From NCBI RefSeq assembly GCF_009914755.1, contig NC_060941.1: a DNA stretch of 64,000 nucleotides, one strand, 5' to 3'. The notes under the pieces were generated by a model. The model was not told the origin of the DNA. It worked only from the letters and a program-made list of their open reading frames with translations, and made no database searches. Each line of letters begins with the position of its first letter. The first letter of the stretch is position 1. Both the position numbers and the translations under genes were made by a program. Positions 54,069 through 64,000 of the stretch are shown piece after piece. The stretch comes from the human T2T-CHM13v2.0 reference genome, Homo sapiens.

Positions 54069-54534
54069 TAAACAACCCTTAAGTATCATTAGTTCAAACT
54101 GGAGCCAAATAAAGAAATGTCAGCATTAGAAGGAGCAAGTGATAGTTAGCCAGCCCCTTTATTCCTTTTTAGTGCAAATCAGAGATAAAGAACATGAAGT
54201 TTGCAGTGTATTTGCATTCTTTCACTTTTACATTTGTTGGTTTTGAGTAATATTGAGGGGCTGTCTGATAAAGAACCTGTGTAGGTTTCCATATGGCTAT
54301 ATACAAAGTATATGAGTGTAGAATAGTTTTAAATTTTGTCTTAGTTATATTTGGTAAGTTTTAAAACATTATTTAAATAGCCTTAAGGTGATATGGATTG
54401 CTTTAGTGACTGCTGTTTTAGGAATTTAGTTGGCTTATTGCTGACTATAGAGGGAACGTTTTATCTTCTTTTTAACCTCCAGTTCAGGTTAGGTGCCTAA
54501 CCAAGTGAAACATTTTTCATAATGTAATGTTTAA

Positions 54535-54740
54535 TAGTGATAATTATAAAAATAATGGTGAGTTTAGTGTTTACTCTATACCAGGCACTAAGTGCATTAC
54601 ATGTTCATATAGAGAACAACCGTAGGCACAGAGAGGGTATCTACTTTAGGTAATAAAACTGATAAATGTTAGAGCCAGGATTCAAACCCAGGCGGTTTGG
54701 ATCTAGGGTCCATGTACTTGCCACTCTATTGCCTGTCATT
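54535..54740 (-). mobile_element. MIR fragment
   Basis: gtgtttactctataccaggcactaagtgc...agagccaggattcaaacccaggcggtttgg. Confidence 0.65.
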
Positions 54741-54741
54741 A

Positions 54742-55146
<405 letters not shown>

Positions 55147-55257
55147 TCATTTGTGGTTTTCCCTGGTATCTGACATATAGTAGGGATTTAATAAATATAC
55201 ATTGAATGAAACGAAGAAAATCTAGATAAATGGAGTAAGTCTGTCATATGGTAGTTA

Positions 55258-56805
<1,548 letters not shown>

Positions 56806-57102
56806 TCAGGTCTGCATTTCTTCATGTGCTCTATCCTATTAACTTTATGGGTAACAAAATTATTTCGTATTTGAGATTATTTTGTTACCAGCTTTAACTT
56901 GTATTTTACTTCCCTTTAAGGACTACCATCAAGATACTTACTAATTGTAAAGATTCTTTACGGTATTTTAAATATTAAGAAAATGGAGAGCATAAAAAAC
57001 TGCTGTAAATTATGTAGTTTTGCATTAAATGTAGAGAAAACACTGATTGCATAATGTTAGTAACATTGTAGTGTATGCTGTTCTTTTTTTTTTTTTTTTT
57101 GA

Positions 57103-57207
<105 letters not shown>

Positions 57208-57810
57208 TGAGTAGCTGGGATTACAGGCATGCACCACCACACCCGGCTAATTTTGTATTTTTAGTAGAGATGGAGTTTATCCATGTTGGTCAGGCTGGTC
57301 TCGAACCTCCGACCACAGGTGATCTGCCTGCCTCAGCCTCCCGCAGTGCTGGGATTACAGGCACAAGCCACCGCGCCCGGCCATGTATGCTGTTCTTAAG
57401 TGTGAAGCTGGAAGAGTTAGTTGTTCTCCAAATCAATGCTTCCTTACTTTTTTTCAAGGCATTAGTAGAAACTGATGTTTTCCTGGTACATAAGGAAGAG
57501 GAGGCTCACAACTGGAGGGTATCAGAGATCTTTCATTGCTCTAGGCCTACCAGGCTGGTCCAAGGGCCAAGGGAATTATTATCTTGATAAACCTGTAATC
57601 CATGTTTGGATCTGCCACAGTTAGGGAAGCTCTGCTATAGTTTCAAGTTAATAGAATTAGAAGGGAAGTTAGGTAGTAGTCAGGGCTCATTTTATTTATT
57701 TGTGCCTTCTGTTTTACTTTTTTTTTTTTTTTTTTTTTTGAAATAGAGTCTTGTGCTGGCGTGACCTTGGCTCACTACAACCTCTGCCTCCCGGGTTCAA
57801 GCAATTCTCT

Positions 57811-58476
57811 TTTTTTTTTTTTTTTTTTTTAATTCATCATTCTTGGGTGTTTCTTGCAGAGGGGGATTTGGCAGGGTCATAGGACAATAGAGGAGGGAAG
57901 GTCAGCAGATAAACAAGTGAACAAAGGTCTCTGGTTTTCCTAGGCAGAGGACCCTGCGGCCTTTTTTTTTTGCAGTGTTTGTGTCCCTGGGTACTTGAGA
58001 TTAGGGAGTGGTGATGACTCTTAACGAGCATGCTACCTTCAAGCATCTGTTTAACAAAGCACATCTTGCACCACCCTTGATCCATTTAACCCTGAGTGGA
58101 CACAGCACATGTTTCAGAGAGCACCGGGTTGGGGGTAAGGTCATAGATCAACAGCATCCCAAGGCAGAAGACTTTTTCTTAGTACAGAACAAAATGGAGT
58201 CTCCTATGTCTACTTCTTTCTACACAGACACAGCAACAATCTGATTTCTCTATCTTTTCCCCACATTTCCCCCTTTTCCATTCGACAAAACCGCCATCGT
58301 CATCATGGCCCGCTCTCAATGAGCTGTTGGGTACACCTCCCAGACGGGGTGGCGGCCGGGCAGAGGGGCTCCTCACTTCCCAGAAGGGGCGGCCGGGCAG
58401 AGGTGCCCCCCACCTCCCGGACGGGGCGGCTGGCCGGGTGGGGGCTGCCCCCCGCCTCCCTCCGGGACGGGGCGGC
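57811..58476 (-). mobile_element. SVA retrotransposon, 5'-truncated (partial VNTR + SINE-R + poly A), inserted in an Alu
   Basis: T-run followed by the SINE-R signature (catcattcttgggtgtttcttgcagagggggatttggcagggtcatagg...) and GC-rich VNTR units. Target-site duplication tcaagcaattctctt at 57797-57811 and 58477-58491. Confidence 0.95.
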
Positions 58477-58679
58477 TCAAGCAATTCTCTTGCCTCTGCC
58501 TCCCAAGTAGCTGGGACTACAGATGTAGGCCACCACGCCCGGCTAATTTTTGTATTTTTAGTAGAGATGGGGTTTCCCCACGTTGGCCAGGCTGGTCTCC
58601 AACTCCTGACCTTGTGATCCACCTGCCGTGGTCTCCCAAAGTGCCGGGATTACAGGCATGAGCCACTGCACCCAGCCTG

Positions 58680-59385
58680 TTTTACTTTTTTCTTGATCCC
58701 AGATCTTTTTCAGTTTTCTTGCTTTTTTTCTCAAAGAACTAACCATTGCTTTGTAGACCTCAGTTGACTATTATTTCCTTATTAACTTCTGCTTCCTTTG
58801 GGTTTACTTTGCAAGGTTTTTTTTTTATTTTTGAGACGGAGTCTCACTCTGTCACCCAGGCTGGAGTGCAGTGACGTGATCTTGGCTCACTGCAATCCCT
58901 GCCTTCTGGTTTCAAGTGATTCTTATGCCTCAGCCTCCTGATAGCTAGGATTAAAGGCATGTGCCACCACACCCAGCTAATTTTTGTATTTTTAGTAGAG
59001 GCGGAGTTTTACCATGTTGGTCAGGCTGGTCTCAAACTCCTGACCTCAAGTGATCGGTTCGCCTTGGCCTCCCAAAGTGCTGGGATTACAGGTGTGAGCC
59101 ACCGCTACCATGCCCGGTCTACTTTGCAGATTTAAAAAAACTTCTTTAGGCTGGTCCCAGTGCAGTGGTGTTTATAACTCATCAATCATAGCCAGTTACA
59201 GATTTCTTTATTCCTTCTTCACTCCCACTGCTTCACTTGACTACCCTTAAAAAAAAAACAAAAAACAAACAGAAGTCTTGAGATGGATGTTTGGCTTATT
59301 ACTTTTTAGTCCTTCTTTCTAGTATATTCATTTAAATATAAATTTTAATCCTAAAAATGTACTGCTTTTAGCTGCAGCCCACACT
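58680..59385 (-). mobile_element. Ancient L1M fragment hosting an Alu (58817-59118) and the Y RNA pseudogene
   Basis: tttgggtttactttgc...tcttgagatggatg...tactgcttttagctgcagcccaca resembles antisense L1MC/MD sequence. Confidence 0.5.
59149..59270 (+). pseudogene. Y RNA (RNY3/hY3-derived) retro-pseudogene with A-rich tail
   Basis: ggctggtcccagtgcagtggtgtttataac...gttacagatttcttt...actcccactgcttcacttgactaccctt (59149-59248) closely matches full-length hY3, followed by an A-tail. Confidence 0.93.
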
Positions 59386-59616
59386 TTTTTTGGTTTGTTT
59401 GTTTTGGGGGAAATTCTCCAGGCAGTAGTTATGGCTGTTGTTGCTTGCTGCTGCTTCTTTCCTATTTTTGTTGATAGCTTTGTGAGAGTACCTGTAATGT
59501 TGACATACTATAAAGGGTACATATTAAAATATGTAATTTGATAAGTTTTCTCATGAATGTAACCAGGTAATGAACATATTCATCACCCTAGAACATTTCC
59601 TCATGCCCCTTTATAA

Positions 59617-59860
<244 letters not shown>

Positions 59861-59882
59861 TAATTTTTATTTATTTATTTAG

Positions 59883-60083
<201 letters not shown>

Positions 60084-60147
60084 TGAGCTCCTGACCTCAA
60101 GTGATCCACGTGCCTCAGCCTCCAAAGTGGTGGGATTACAGGCCTGA

Positions 60148-60420
<273 letters not shown>

Positions 60421-61478
60421 TGAAGTGCTGGGATTATAGGCGTGAGCCACCATGCCCGGCCTCTTTTTTTGTTAAGATAGGGTCTTGCGGCTGGGTGTGG
60501 TGGCTGACGCTTGTAATCCCAGCACTTTGGGAGGCCGAGGTGGGTGGATCACAAGGTCAGGAGATCGAGACCATCCTGGTTAACATGGTGAAACCCTGTC
60601 TCTACTAAAAATACAAAAAATTAGCCGGGCATGGTGGCGCATGCCTGTAGTCCCCCCTACCTGAGAGGCTGAGGCAGGAGAATTGCTTGAACCCGGGAGG
60701 CGGACGGAGGTTGCAGTGAACCGAGATTGCGCCATTGCATTCCAGCCTGGACAACAGAGCGAGACTCCATCTCAAAAAAGAGGAAAAAAAAAAAAAAAAG
60801 ATAGGGTCTTGCTCTGTCACCCAGGCCAGAGTGCAGTGACAGGATCGCAGCTTACTGCAACCTCAAACTCCTGGACTCAAGTGATCTTCCCACCTCAGCC
60901 TCCTGAGTAGCTGGAACTACAGATATACGCTACCGTGGTGCCTGGCTAATTTTTTTTAGTAGAGATGGGGTCTTGCTTTGTTGCCTAGGCTGGTCTCGAA
61001 CTCCTGGCTTCAAGGGATTCTCTCACCTCAGCCTCCCAAAGTGTTGGGATTACAGGCATGAGACACTGTGCCTGGCCTGTTTTTTCTTATTACATATTTT
61101 TGTTCTAGAATTAATTTTTCCAAATTTGCTTGTTTTCTTTGTTTTGCTTGGTTTTGGGTTTTTTTTGGAGTTTTTTTGTTTGTTTGTTTTTTTAAAGTAA
61201 CTTCGCGTTACTTGCCAAATTTTTCAGGATTGGGATTTTATATTTTTGAACATAGTAAGCAGGTATATGAATAGTTTGCTAGTATCTAGGGGAGCTTTTG
61301 TTTTGTTCCCCGTTGGTTACTAATACTTAAGGTTCATCTTTTTCCAATGTCTGGGCTTCAGATGTTCAGAAGTTTAATCACATTCCACTTGTGGACTGCT
61401 TTTCTTCTTGTTCATCTTTCCTGGTAGGATATCACTTTTTTGGTTTCAAGCCCAAAGGAGGGGGTCATTTACTCAAGC

Positions 61479-61507
61479 CTCTTGTCTTGTCTTGTCTTGT
61501 CTTGTCT
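61479..61507. repeat. (CTTGT)n pentamer repeat
   Basis: About 5 units preceding an antisense Alu monomer. Confidence 0.85.
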
Positions 61508-63116
61508 TTTCTCTTCTAATAGAGATAGAGTCTCACTGTGCTACCTAGATAGACTGTGTTACTTGAACTCCTGGGCTTAAGCAGTCCTTCCACCTCGCCT
61601 CCCAAAATGCTGGGATTACAGACACAGTGCCCACCCAGCCACAAAGCCCCCAGTGTTGATGGTCCCTGGATTCCCACTTTTGTCCCTGGGGCCTATAGCC
61701 TCAGCTTCTAAATCTGCTACTTCTCTGCTAGATCAGCAAATGACCCCAGAGCAAAAGTGGCCTAGAATGCAAAGCTTCCTCCTTATGGAATTTCATCCTC
61801 TTCTTCATCTTGATCACCTTATCTTGTTCTATGATTCTTTTAAGGAGAGGTTTTCCCTTCCTTCCAGCTTTTTTAGTTTTGTGGGTGTCAAGTAGGAGAG
61901 AGATAATTAGTTTGAATTATATACTCATCTATTACCCAAAATAAAGTCCTTTAAAAAAAAAAAGATAAACTGAGACCTAGACAAATTAAGTAACCCTGTA
62001 AGACCACTTAATCAATGGAAATCCTGGTCCAGAATCCTGAGTGATTTTAACGAAATAGTTCACAGTCATTTATTAAGAGCAGGGGCACCCTAGAAGGAAT
62101 TTTTTGGTTCTGTTGAGCCAGATTTATATTTGGCACATGCTCATTCTTTTTAGACTTTTTAGATAGCCTAATAAGATAGGACCATCACTATGTTATATAA
62201 ATATGAAATCCATTTGAAAATATGGGACCTGTCAGTATAGGTACTGCTTGAACTGTAACTATGCATATATCTGATTGGCTTTTATGCCCTAGGGTGAGAA
62301 GGAGGTCACCTTGAAGCTTTGCAAAGTAAGTTCCTGGTTCCATTTTTCACTTGAATCCCCCTTGGATATCCTCCAGAATGATGTGTTTTCTTTCCCATTG
62401 CAACATTATTTTCAGCTTTGTGGAGAAACAAAGTATGTTCCAAGTAGCAGGTGGTCACTGTAGGCCTTCTTTGAACTGTGAACTTTATTTTTTTGCACCT
62501 GAACTGCTTTCTAAAACCACATAAACAATATGATAGGGAAGTTGCTATCTGAATAAAAAAACAAAACAAAACCTCACAATGTGTTTGATCTAGTACTGAG
62601 CTACACTGGTATATGTGGGCTATATAGAATTATGTGGTTTAGATTACTTGTTTAAGTATAGCAGTGGCTTGGAGGAAAATACATTCTGAGTTTCAAATAG
62701 ATAATTTGTAAAGGAAAATTTGAAGTACAGTTGACTTGGCACTTCTGATATTGAAATTTTAGAAGATTTTGTTTCTGTATCTCAATGTAATGCCTAGGCA
62801 GAATCCACTAGATGCTTGTATAGATGGTATAAGCAATAATGATTTCGGCTATTTTTAAAAATTTCAATCTTTTTTTAATGTGGCCTCAGAATACCATCTT
62901 GTACTTCTCATTTTCCCTATACCTCCTTTTATGTGATTAAGTTTTATTATGTATAGACATAAAGGGGGCCTGGCACAGTGGCTCATGCCTGCAATCCCAG
63001 CATTTTGGGAGGCCGAGGCACGAGGATTGCTTGAGCCCAGGAGTTCAAGACAAGCCTAGGCAATGCAGTGAGACCCTGTCTCAAAAAAAAAAAAAAAAAA
63101 AAAAAGATTGGGGGGG

Positions 63117-64000
63117 TGCTATGATATTACGATATATATGTTGGTTTTCGTCCACAGTTTCTGTCATAGAACACCCATAGTCCCTGTTATTTCCTAAGTG
63201 ACTAAAACAATACACATATATTTTATTGAAATATTTGGCCTTTTATTCTTGGTTTTTGAAGTGGCTTCAGTACAGCTTCAGATCAATAAAAGTGAAAGAT
63301 GGTCTTTTGTAATAATGTTGGGGCACTTTAAACCTCAGAAGCAGGCTTCAGAAAACAGAATCTCTCTCTGACCTTTTCTTGCCTTGCTTTTACCTGCTCC
63401 TTTTTCTCCCCAAGCAGGCCATAGAAACTAAAAATATACTCTAATCATCCCCCAACATTCTGTCTTGGAGCTGACAGCAAAGAAATTATCTGACCTACCT
63501 TGTCTGATTGGAGGTCATAAGACCCCCATTTCAGAAGGCATCCTGCCCTGTACTTGGGAGGAAAGAAGTTGCACAGAGAGGCCAAGAAGACTCTGAACAG
63601 AGAGACCTTGCTAGGTTTCACCACTCAGTCTGTTAGCATTAGGTCCTACTTTTGTCCAATCATATTTCTACACGGTTGTCCATGCTTCAGTCGTGACTGT
63701 CCAGTGAAATCCTGGACCAGGTACAGAGAGCTTCCAGATAGCTGAACACGTGGAGGGTCCTGGAGGGTGGTGCACCCAGGGAGGGTATGAGAGCTCTGCA
63801 CCCCTTCCCACATGCCTTGTTCTGTGCACCTCTTCATCTGCATTCTTTGTACTATTCTTTATAATAAACCAGTACACGTGTTTTCCTGAGTTCTGGGCAC
63901 AGCTTTAGCAAATTAATCAAACCTAAGAAGGGGGTCATGGGAACACTGACTTGAAGCTGGTTGGCCAGAAGTTCTGGATGAGGCCTAGCCTTACAACTAG
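63117..64000 (+). mobile_element. MER21-family LTR (continues past the window end)
   Basis: Recalled MER21 motifs: gtcataagacccccatttcaga, gagagcttccagatagctgaacacgtggagg, ataataaacc, ctgagttctg...agcaaattaatcaaacc...gggggtcatgggaac. Orientation less certain. Confidence 0.75.

Noticed and set aside
57837-58622. ORFs of 63-147 aa
   Set aside because: Standard translations of SVA SINE-R/VNTR and Alu sequence.
62296-62325. Peptide EKEVTLKLCK resembling PSA DEKVTLSF as a possible exon 3
   Set aside because: Wrong frame relative to exon 2, lacks the IHATGFNYQN segment, and the similarity is only about 4 residues.

Overview
Primate (almost certainly human) genomic DNA, very Alu-dense: by eye about half the window, on the order of 100 Alu copies or fragments, many nested. 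The only supportable protein-coding gene is the 5' end of NPEPPS (puromycin-sensitive aminopeptidase, M1 family) on the + strand. It has a TATA-less CpG-island promoter (~32.6-33.6 kb), coding exon 1 (33030-33284), a 14.4-kb intron 1, exon 2 (47640-47724), and an intron 2 that runs off the right end. An upstream alternative first coding exon (25671-25747) can splice in frame into an acceptor inside exon 1. A segmentally duplicated NPEPPS pseudogene exists in human, so locus identity needs an alignment. Other elements are a 5'-truncated SVA inserted into an Alu, a Y3 RNA retro-pseudogene, a MER21-type LTR, MER53/MER33/MER44 DNA-transposon fossils split by Alus, and L1/L2/MIR fragments and microsatellites. 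Almost all ORF-track entries are Alu or GC-rich artefacts. I found no new multi-gene system. The most interesting signals are: the three-way N-terminus architecture of NPEPPS, where coding sequence doubles as a polypyrimidine tract; two candidate stop-containing poison exons; a C9orf72-like GGGGCT hexamer array in intron 1; a UG repeat and inverted Alus around exon 2; paired E-boxes in a MER33; and fossils of Alu-Alu unequal crossover and recent tandem duplication. Repeat family names come from recalled consensus sequences, and repeat boundaries are approximate.
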